11,019 bases of DNA from a virus (lineage: Duplodnaviria; Heunggongvirae; Uroviricota; Caudoviricetes), in the IMG/VR virus record IMGVR_UViG_2534681990_000030, one strand, 5' to 3'. The position numbers were made by a program, and so were the translations under genes. Under the pieces are notes generated by a model. It ran no database searches. It was not told where the DNA came from and saw only the letters and a program-made list of their open reading frames with translations. This document shows positions 1 to 6,091 of this stretch, piece by piece; within the stretch, counting starts at the first letter, position 1; each line of letters begins with the position of its first letter.

Positions 1-186
1 TCATTGGTTGCCAGCCCGCGAATCAAGTTTGTTCTGGATCCAAGCTTCAACCTCCTCAAGCGACCATCTAGCTGATCTACCAATTTTAACTGGCTGTGGA
101 AACGTGCCCGTCTTAACCCATGAGTAGATTGCCGTTTTCTTGAAGCCCGTTCTGAGCATGACTTCGCTTAATTTGATAAGGCGCAT
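1..186 (-). CDS. alpA: AlpA-family phage transcriptional regulator (small HTH DNA-binding protein)
   Basis: 61-aa ORF MRLIKLSEVMLRTGFKKTAIYSWVKTGTFPQPVKIGRSARWSLEEVEAWI matches the AlpA pattern (L..EV...G.S...IY.....G.FP.PVKIG.R...W...E...W). ATG at 186-184 with GAGGAG 6 nt upstream; stop at 3-1. It is transcribed out of the window to the left. Confidence 0.75.
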   Translation of the reverse strand: MRLIKLSEVMLRTGFKKTAIYSWVKTGTFPQPVKIGRSARWSLEEVEAWIQNKLDSRAGNQ

Positions 187-235
187 AGAGGCTCCTCTGC
201 TTTAGATTAAGCATAGTGACAATCTGGCTTTGGGT

Positions 236-300
236 GGTATCCAAAAGCGAGGTATCCATGTTGGTATCCACCAAAACGCTGTTTACCAAAAAGTTACCAC
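236..300. repeat. Direct repeats of GGTATCCA (3 exact copies at 236-243, 251-258, 263-270) plus two degenerate GTTTACCA/GTTACCAC copies, in a divergent intergenic region
   Basis: Read directly from the sequence. Lies between the alpA start (186) and the divergent small gene (438). Could be regulator or recombinase binding sites; function not established. Confidence 0.45.
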
Positions 301-382
301 CGGAACAGGACATTTTGAGCTGTAACTTAACACATAGCATATGGAGTTCACGCATAGACTTCACGCACAACGGCTCTGGCCA

Positions 383-412
383 GTGAAGAATCACCCTGGC
401 TAGCAATATAAT
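383..412 (+). promoter_or_regulatory. Candidate sigma70 promoter for the small gene at 438 (-10 TATAAT at 407-412, weak -35 around 383-389)
   Basis: Perfect TATAAT hexamer 26 nt upstream of the ATG; the -35 match is poor. Sequence-only prediction. Confidence 0.3.
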
Positions 413-437
413 GCCGATCACCATCAGAGGGGAATCC

Positions 438-629
438 ATGACACCACGAGAAATCGAGCTGCTGACCATTGCCAAGCTGGAGCATGGCGGCCACCAGCTC
501 AGCCCGGCAGAACTGCGGGAATTAAGGCGCCAGCTGGCAGAGGGCCCTGTAATAGCCAGGCGGTACCGCGAAATGATGACCAGCCCCGCATATCGCTGGA
601 GCAAACCAGCGCCGCTCCGTGCGCGGTGA
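438..629 (+). CDS. Small hypothetical protein (63 aa), paralog A of a duplicated family
   Basis: ATG at 438 with AGAGGGG 5 nt upstream. I chose 438 over the track's 411 because the paralog at 1438 starts at the equivalent MTPREI and cannot extend upstream (in-frame TGA at 1432-1434). N-terminal 21 aa are 20/21 identical to the 1438 ORF; shared C-terminal REMM..PAY.W.KPAP motif. Confidence 0.6.
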   Translation: MTPREIELLTIAKLEHGGHQLSPAELRELRRQLAEGPVIARRYREMMTSPAYRWSKPAPLRAR

Positions 630-703
630 GCAGCACCTAACCAGCACTAGACAAGCCCTGTGCTGGTGGATGTCCCTCATAATTAGCGGTTTTTAAACGG
701 CGT

Positions 704-824
704 GTTGGTTCACGGCCTCTTTTTGTTGGTTCAAAAATGGGGTGTGTTGGTTCACTTTTTGCGAATAATTCTTTTAAAAACAATACTCTTTACAAATTGA
801 ACCAACTGAACCAACTGAACCAAC
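704..824. repeat. Iteron/operator-like array: GTTGGTTCA x3 in direct orientation with exact 21-bp phasing (704, 725, 746), an AT-rich spacer, then TGAACCAAC x3 in tandem (798-824, inverted orientation)
   Basis: Read directly from the sequence. Sits immediately upstream of the PerC-like gene (ATG 861); a TATAAT hexamer lies at 842-847. Confidence 0.6.
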
Positions 825-860
825 ACCTTTTTGCTTATCTATATAATCTGAGAGGCAGAA

Positions 861-1142
861 ATGATAAGGGACAGGAAAGCTGAAGAGCTGGAGTCAAAAG
901 GGCTATACCGGAGAGCTGCCGCACGATGGATGGAAGTCATGCTGTTATGCACCGAGGACGATGATCGGGAATGGATAAAGCGCCGCCGTGAAACGTGTCT
1001 GGAGAACGTGAAGCGCCCGCCCGTGAAGGTTGAGGAATTTGGCGACCTGCATAAAGCTGTTACCGAAACGCAACACCGCATGGGGATAGCGCAACCGAAC
1101 GGTAACGCCTTCCGGTTAAATGGCGGCAAGAGGCAAAGGTAG
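861..1142 (+). CDS. PerC-family transcriptional regulator (PerC/Pch-like)
   Basis: 93-aa ORF with AEELESKGLYRRAAARWMEVM ... REWIKRRRETC ... TETQHRMGIAQPNGNAFR, matching the conserved PerC/Pch pattern (LE.KGLWRRAA.RW.EV ... WI..RR..C ... TQ.RMGI..P.G.AFR) as I recall it. GAGAGG RBS 4 nt upstream of the ATG. Confidence 0.65.
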   Translation: MIRDRKAEELESKGLYRRAAARWMEVMLLCTEDDDREWIKRRRETCLENVKRPPVKVEEFGDLHKAVTETQHRMGIAQPNGNAFRLNGGKRQR

Positions 1143-1146
1143 ACCA

Positions 1147-1168
1147 CCAGAGGGAAATCATCCTCTGG
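1147..1168 (+). terminator. Hairpin (CCAGAGG - 8 nt loop - CCTCTGG) 5 nt after the PerC-like stop codon; weak intrinsic terminator candidate
   Basis: Perfect 7-bp inverted repeat. The downstream tract (ctggcggtttctggtatttc) is only moderately T-rich, so termination is uncertain. Confidence 0.3.
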
Positions 1169-1437
1169 CTGGCGGTTTCTGGTATTTCGGGACAAGTACG
1201 CGCGCGTAGCACCCAATCGGTGAGGAAATAGCGGCGACCTGAATGGTCAAAATCACAACGCAGCTATCCCCGTAAGCAGCGCTTAACGGAATAGCAGTAA
1301 CCTGAATCCAGTGGGGAGGGGGTAGTCAAATCTCTACAGCCCTGACTATCCGGGACTGCCCGCCCCATCGTTTTTTTATACCCGCGAAAAATGAAATTTA
1401 ATCCGGGCGTGTTTCATCCTTCCAGAGGGTATGACGT

Positions 1438-1623
1438 ATGACACCACGCGAAATAGCCTTATTGACCATCGCCAAACTTGAGCACGGAGGCCACCAGCTT
1501 ACACAGGCAGATCAACGGGAGATAGAACGATCAGTTAATGCCGATATAGCCCGGCGCGACAGGTTCCGCGAAATGATGCGAGCACCTGCCTACCAGTGGA
1601 AGAAGCCAGCGCCGCGCAGGTAG
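1438..1623 (+). CDS. Small hypothetical protein (61 aa), paralog B of a duplicated family
   Basis: ATG at 1438 with AGAGGG 8 nt upstream. Same N-terminus (MTPREIALLTIAKLEHGGHQL) and C-terminal motif as the 438 ORF, with many synonymous nucleotide differences between the copies. Confidence 0.6.
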   Translation: MTPREIALLTIAKLEHGGHQLTQADQREIERSVNADIARRDRFREMMRAPAYQWKKPAPRR

Positions 1624-1743
1624 ATATGGGATTATTCCACATGTAACTTATGCGTATTAAGCAAATTTCCTTTATTCACCTTTACAGAATTGTGAGTACG
1701 TCAGTATCGTTATCCTTCCGATTCGCATTTATTCAGGATTTGC

Positions 1744-2286
1744 ATGTACCAGCTAAAGATAACCATCCGAGACAGCAAACCACCTATATGGCGGCGTGTG
1801 CTGGTTCCAGAGCAAATCCCCTTTAGTAAACTTCATGCCGTGATCCAGTTAGCTTTTGGCTGGAATGACGAACACCTGTATATGTTCGAGAAAGGGCGTA
1901 AAGGTGATCCAGGTAGCGAGTATCGCGTATGGGGTGAGGATGAAAGCATGGGTAACGCGGCAATCACGCCACTATGGGCGGCGCTCCAGAATGAGGGTGA
2001 CAAGCTGGTTTACACGTATGACTTTGGCGACTGGTGGGATTGCGTCATTGTGCTGGAGAAGCAAACACACGATACGAGTAATCAGCCCATTAGCTGCCTG
2101 CGTGGGAAAGGCACCACCCCGGCGGAAAACTCAGGCGGCTTGCATGGTTACAATGAATTGCTATTACAGGCCAGAGAGTCTGATAATCCTGAGCAGGCCG
2201 AGATCCACAATTTCCTGATGCTGGATATTGAACGCCGGGTTTACGACCTGAGCCGCATCAACGACAGATTGCAGGCTATTAACTGA
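1744..2286 (+). CDS. pRiA4b ORF-3-like family protein (function unknown)
   Basis: 180-aa ORF with the family hallmarks as I recall them: N-terminal LKITIRDSKPPIWRRVLVP....LHAVIQLAFGWNDEHLYMF, central YTYDFGDWWDCVIVLEK, and CLRGKG..PAENSGGLHGY. Preceded by an AT-rich promoter-like region (1624-1743). Confidence 0.7.
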   Translation: MYQLKITIRDSKPPIWRRVLVPEQIPFSKLHAVIQLAFGWNDEHLYMFEKGRKGDPGSEYRVWGEDESMGNAAITPLWAALQNEGDKLVYTYDFGDWWDCVIVLEKQTHDTSNQPISCLRGKGTTPAENSGGLHGYNELLLQARESDNPEQAEIHNFLMLDIERRVYDLSRINDRLQAIN

Positions 2287-2638
2287 CCCGCATGTATTCA
2301 CCTGATATTGCGTTGTCAGCGCCGCCAGTATCGCGCATAACAGCGCACTGACCGGGTAAACCGTAGCGCACGACCGTTGCGTTAGTATCACCGCCGCGCC
2401 GTATCTGGCGCGATTCATACACTGTCACCCGCTCAAGCAGTCCACCAGCAACCATGCTTTCCAGTGTGCGCCGGGTTGATTCGAGCTGGTGACGCTTATC
2501 GAACGACACCATGCCATGAAGCAGGTAGGCCACACCCGACACATCGAACGGCGGCGCACCAATCTCACCAGTCACCCATTCGAGGTTATCCGGTTCAAAG
2601 TAGCTAAGTATCTCTTTTTTGCGACTGGTCATTCTCAT
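2279..2638 (-). CDS. Hypothetical protein (119 aa), convergent with and overlapping the 3' end of the pRiA4b ORF-3-like gene by 8 nt
   Basis: ATG at 2638 with AAGGAA about 10 nt upstream. The N-terminal two-thirds (MTSRKKEILSYFEPDNLEWVTGEIGAPPFDVSGVAYLLHGMV...LESMVAGGLLERV) looks protein-like; the C-terminal third is low-complexity. A 7-bp inverted repeat (TTATTGT 2654-2660 / ACAATAA 2676-2682) lies just upstream of the RBS. Confidence 0.45.
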   Translation of the reverse strand: MRMTSRKKEILSYFEPDNLEWVTGEIGAPPFDVSGVAYLLHGMVSFDKRHQLESTRRTLESMVAGGLLERVTVYESRQIRRGGDTNATVVRYGLPGQCAVMRDTGGADNAISGEYMRVS

Positions 2639-2639
2639 G

Positions 2640-3274
2640 GCTGGCTGATTCCTTATTGTGGGATAGCACTATCATACAATAAGTGGGTTAAAGGGAGAGC
2701 GTTACCGCCTGATATGCTGTATGAATAACAACCAAATTTCAGGTGCGGAAAAAGATATGGGGGTACTTTTGGGGGTATCTATAAAAAATGAACAATAAAA
2801 AAGGCAACAAAAACAAAGCTTATCGCCTATGTGTATTGTTCCTATTATCGCACCATTTATATCAAGCAATTACGATTAAATCCTCTCTTTGTCTGCATCA
2901 TGATTTTTTCCGTGTAACTCCATGTGTAAGTAATTTTCGTCAACATAAATCAACAATAGAGCATCCGTATCTCAGATTGGCTCAGTCTTGTTGATTTTTT
3001 CATCTTGATGAAACAATATTTCTGATATTGATGTTGGACATTTGGGGGGGCAGCTTAGCAGGCCTGTACAGGTTGTTTCATTGATTATTGCTCTATATGC
3101 CTGCCCTTTTAGATAGCCCTTTCCTGTCTACTTCCATCTATGGTGTAATCCCTTGCGAGATTAAGGTTTCTTTCGAGAGATAGTATGGAATTATTCGAAA
3201 ATTATTTGTCAGCGTTACCTAAAAAAAAGCGATTGAGTAAAGTCAAGTTGATTATCCTAAAGAGATTATGGGTT
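2640..3274. other. ~630-bp AT-rich segment with no convincing ORF, located at the truncation point of the primase gene
   Basis: Markedly lower GC than the flanks. Only a 68-aa plus-strand ORF with implausible composition is present. Contains a G7 homopolymer (3044-3050) and an A8 tract (about 3219-3226). Confidence 0.5.
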
Positions 3275-3913
3275 TCAGATGATTTTGATTTTCCTAAACC
3301 TTGGGTCAGTCAGGAGTCTTTTTTCACCATGTGATGTAATAGTCTGTGCTGCTGTGACTGCGCCGGATTTATCCACCAGCGCCAGCAACAGAGATCCATC
3401 GGGCAACACGGGGAATGTAAAATCACCTACCCCTTTCGCAACCAGATAATCAGATTTGCCGTTTACAGCCTTTCTGCGCATGTCATCAAACTGACGGGAA
3501 AACGTATCCCGTCTTTGTTGTTCGTCCTTCTCTGCCCTTTTCAGGCGCTCCTGTTCGCGTCGCTGGCGCTCGGTTTCCAGTTGTTCCCGTTTCTGGCTGG
3601 TGGCTTCTGGTGTTTCCGTTGTCCGGTAATCAATACCCAGAACATCAGCGGCAAGAAGCGCCGCCTCTGTTGTGTCGCAGTTATTTACGCGTTTAATTAA
3701 ATCCAGCCCATCACCAGCGCCGCACTGATTACAGATGAAGCTACCGCGCCCGTTGTCATCGAACCGGAATCGATCTTTGCCCCCACATGCAGGGCAGGGA
3801 GCATGACGGCGCGGAGAGTCAGGGACATTTATGTTCAGGCAGCCCAGCACATGAGGCCAGTTGTTTTCAGACGCACTGATAACCTGACGGATAAGATCAA
3901 TGTTTCGCATCAC
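3275..3913 (-). CDS. DNA primase (P4 alpha / toprim-type), N-terminal zinc-ribbon portion only; apparently truncated before the catalytic Toprim and helicase domains
   Basis: 212-aa ORF containing HAPCPACGGKDRFRFDDNGRGSFICNQCGAGDGLDL (CxxC...CxxC primase zinc ribbon), a charged linker, then the first residues of a Toprim-like region (DYLVAKGVGDFTFPVLPDGSLLLALVDKSG), ending at a TGA at 3277-3275. Full-length homologs are typically 600-800 aa (from memory). Start is GTG 3913 or ATG 3910. Confidence 0.6.
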   Translation of the reverse strand: MMRNIDLIRQVISASENNWPHVLGCLNINVPDSPRRHAPCPACGGKDRFRFDDNGRGSFICNQCGAGDGLDLIKRVNNCDTTEAALLAADVLGIDYRTTETPEATSQKREQLETERQRREQERLKRAEKDEQQRRDTFSRQFDDMRRKAVNGKSDYLVAKGVGDFTFPVLPDGSLLLALVDKSGAVTAAQTITSHGEKRLLTDPRFRKIKII

Positions 3914-4268
3914 CGTACCCCACGTGGTCTATAGCGTTTGCGATATGGCTAACCAGCATCTGCCACTTGGTTATTCCGTAATCAGTCAGCATGCCATCAT
4001 TGTTTAGCCACATATCAAATTCAGCGGTTGTCGCAAGTTTCCACTTATCGCCGTGGACAGTCCTCATTGCTGGGTACATGAATGCGCAAATCAGATCACA
4101 AACATCTGACGGCTTCAGAGATGTAGTAATGGTGCGTCCCTCTGGCGTCTGAATTGCCATTTTCTCTTCACCAGTAGAATGAAGGTTATGAATCCACACA
4201 GCACCAGCAATCTTTGCCACCTGCTCTCCGATTGCGGAGCTAAGCGCCATTTCTGCATTTTCACGCAT
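3897..4268 (-). CDS. Hypothetical protein (123 aa)
   Basis: ATG at 4268 overlaps the upstream gene's stop by 8 nt; its own stop overlaps the primase start. No motif recognised. Confidence 0.5.
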   Translation of the reverse strand: MRENAEMALSSAIGEQVAKIAGAVWIHNLHSTGEEKMAIQTPEGRTITTSLKPSDVCDLICAFMYPAMRTVHGDKWKLATTAEFDMWLNNDGMLTDYGITKWQMLVSHIANAIDHVGYGDAKH

Positions 4269-4602
4269 GAGAACCTCCCGCTACAGTTGCGCCCATGTCA
4301 TTAACCATGCTTTGCCATATCTCACGCCCGACGTCAGTCAATCCGTCCTTAGTGACGCAACGCTCAAGAAGCTCGATCCCCACGGTTTCCCACTGCGGGT
4401 AGAACACTTTCATGGCTGCCAGTGTGTAGCTATCGATCAGGCTGCGAACGCCTTTTACTCCATTAACGATTTCCACACGTACGGCCTCGCCGTCCGCATC
4501 AACCATGAAATAGTCCCCGCCGCTGGTGGAGGTAATGTGGTTATACAGTGCCGACGCATACTTATTTGCCAGCGCATTCAGTCGGAAATTTTTAGTAATC
4601 AT
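4261..4602 (-). CDS. Hypothetical protein (113 aa)
   Basis: ATG at 4602 with GGATGGAG immediately upstream, 10 nt after the stop of the preceding gene. No motif recognised. Confidence 0.5.
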   Translation of the reverse strand: MITKNFRLNALANKYASALYNHITSTSGGDYFMVDADGEAVRVEIVNGVKGVRSLIDSYTLAAMKVFYPQWETVGIELLERCVTKDGLTDVGREIWQSMVNDMGATVAGGSHA

Positions 4603-4612
4603 GGCTCCATCC

Positions 4613-5215
4613 TCAGTGCGTCACTGGTTCCGCTGGCATGCCGTTTTCATTCAGTTCAGCTATAAAGCTGTTGTGAAGTTCAGCAAGCGTTTCACGACCA
4701 AATGGAGTCAGTGCTCCTTGTTCCACATCCATCATGGCTCTGTAGAAAATGATGGCGCGTTCTGTGCCAGACTCGATGCCAAAACGTTCTATCATCGCTC
4801 CCTCAATGTTGTTTGCCATAGCGAGGCGCTCTGCTACTGGATACAGCGGCATGGCGACGATGCCGTTGGAATAAACAGCCACTTCGGAAGGATTGCCAGT
4901 ATCATCAATGATGCTGACAGTGCCGTTTTCCTCTCTCATTTCCAGCATGAATACTGTTGCGATCAGCCATCTCCACATAATGACGTTATGCTGTGATGTG
5001 TAATCGAAATATCCCTGGTTGCCGCCATCGGCAATAGCGAGATGTATTGACATACCTTCATCTGGTTTATCGTCATAATCCCCGGCATCCAGACGATTTA
5101 CGGCATCAATATATGAGACGGCCTCAACGCGTTCTGTCATGCCATCGTTGCTGCGGTACATGATGTTTACGCCGTCAGGCGTTGCTTCTGTATGGAAAGT
5201 TAAGAAATTATTCAT
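4613..5215 (-). CDS. Hypothetical protein (200 aa from ATG 5215; the ORF track extends to 5320)
   Basis: I favour ATG 5215 (MNNFLTFHTE...) because it overlaps the upstream gene's TAA (5208-5210) in the same coupling pattern seen across the operon, with GAGG upstream. The track's longer start would overlap the upstream gene by more than 100 nt. Confidence 0.5.
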   Translation of the reverse strand: MNNFLTFHTEATPDGVNIMYRSNDGMTERVEAVSYIDAVNRLDAGDYDDKPDEGMSIHLAIADGGNQGYFDYTSQHNVIMWRWLIATVFMLEMREENGTVSIIDDTGNPSEVAVYSNGIVAMPLYPVAERLAMANNIEGAMIERFGIESGTERAIIFYRAMMDVEQGALTPFGRETLAELHNSFIAELNENGMPAEPVTH

Positions 5216-5429
5216 GTTTCGCCTCGCCTGAATGATTCTGTAACTCATATTTGCCCAACAATTCGTCCGCTTCCTGAATAGCTTCTGGTACGCCATTGAG
5301 CAGTGACATAACCGCGCCAATCATTAACTTGTCTCTGTTGCTGGGGCTGGCCCCTTCAAGCCAGAACCCTAAAACAGTCTGAACCTGTTCGATGCGACAT
5401 TGCGCTTCAATGAGCTGGATGTTGGTCAT
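5208..5429 (-). CDS. Hypothetical small protein (73 aa)
   Basis: ATGA start/stop overlap with the upstream gene at 5426-5429. Confidence 0.45.
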   Translation of the reverse strand: MTNIQLIEAQCRIEQVQTVLGFWLEGASPSNRDKLMIGAVMSLLNGVPEAIQEADELLGKYELQNHSGEAKHE

Positions 5430-5689
5430 TTCGCACTCTCCACATCGATTAAACCGATATCTATCAGGGAGGTAACTTTTTGTAGCCAGCTATTGATTAC
5501 TGTCGCCTGTTCCCCGCCCACCGAGGGAACAATCTCATTCATCACATGAACCAGACCTGTGCGCGCTCTGGTAAGCCGTTCAGTCGCGCAATCTGCGGGA
5601 GTGAATGTGTCTGGATATGGCTCTTCACGCCCCAGCAATGATTCAATTTCCAGCTCACACGGATGACGATAAATTAAGTTGATATTCAT
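5426..5689 (-). CDS. Hypothetical small protein (87 aa)
   Basis: ATGA start/stop overlap at 5686-5689; GGGGGTG RBS upstream. Confidence 0.45.
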   Translation of the reverse strand: MNINLIYRHPCELEIESLLGREEPYPDTFTPADCATERLTRARTGLVHVMNEIVPSVGGEQATVINSWLQKVTSLIDIGLIDVESAK

Positions 5690-5880
5690 TTTTCACCCCC
5701 AAGAATTACCAGCTCGGCACGGGCATCGTTAACCAAAGATGAGCACGCTTTAATCGCATCCACGACATCAGTAGCGTCCATTTCTTCAGCCGAAAGACTG
5801 ACAGCAACCAGGACAGCCGCTGCTTGCTCGATTAATTGAAGTGCGGACGTAAGGCGAGGGGTATTAATTGAGTTATTCAT
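5686..5880 (-). CDS. Hypothetical small protein (64 aa from ATG 5880; the track ORF extends to 5937)
   Basis: ATG 5880 overlaps the preceding stop (5873-5875) by 8 nt. Start choice is uncertain. Confidence 0.4.
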   Translation of the reverse strand: MNNSINTPRLTSALQLIEQAAAVLVAVSLSAEEMDATDVVDAIKACSSLVNDARAELVILGGEK

Positions 5881-6091
5881 TGGTTGCCCCCGTTTTTCCT
5901 GGCATTTCGCCACCTTCCAGCAGGAAATGAACGTCACGAACGGCGAGATCCAATATCGCGAGTAACGCCTTCAGTCTTTCGTCTCGTGAGGGAGAGTTGC
6001 TCACCAGAATGTCGTTAATCACTTCTGTCAGTGTGATGATCTGGCTTGTGCGTTCGAGGGGATCCATATGCACATCGTAGGTTTTAATCAT
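5873..6091 (-). CDS. Hypothetical small protein (72 aa, [17 protein letters not shown]...); an internal in-frame start within the long 5873..6940 ORF
   Basis: ATG at 6091-6089 with GGAGGTG 4 nt upstream, overlapping the Icd-like stop by 8 nt. Sequence is protein-like, unlike the long ORF's frame immediately upstream. Confidence 0.4.
   Translation of the reverse strand: MIKTYDVHMDPLERTSQIITLTEVINDILVSNSPSRDERLKALLAILDLAVRDVHFLLEGGEMPGKTGATNE

Noticed and set aside
839-1216. 125-aa minus-strand ORF antisense to the PerC-like gene
   Set aside because: Fully overlaps a better-supported plus-strand gene with recognisable family motifs; low-complexity Ser/Arg-rich translation typical of an antisense frame.
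1856-2218. 120-aa plus-strand ORF in an alternative frame inside the pRiA4b ORF-3-like gene
   Set aside because: Same strand, different frame, fully nested in a gene with conserved family motifs; Arg/Ser-rich composition.
2164-2418. 84-aa minus-strand ORF overlapping the 119-aa gene in another frame
   Set aside because: The 2279..2638 frame has the RBS-supported start and the more protein-like N-terminus; the two cannot both be coding over most of their length.
2489-2994. Plus-strand ORFs 2489..2728 (79 aa) and 2788..2994 (68 aa)
   Set aside because: The first is antisense to the 119-aa gene. The second lies in the AT-rich segment, starts with a poly-Asn/Lys tract, and has no RBS; it looks like a chance ORF in AT-rich DNA.
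3044-3050. G7 homopolymer tract (possible slipped-strand phase-variation site)
   Set aside because: It lies in ORF-free AT-rich DNA with no adjacent gene or promoter element it could switch; a single 7-nt run is not strong evidence.
3515-4996. Plus-strand ORFs 3515..3700, 4267..4665 and 4526..4996
   Set aside because: All are antisense to the coupled minus-strand operon, which has consistent RBS and stop/start overlap signals; no RBS support on the plus strand.
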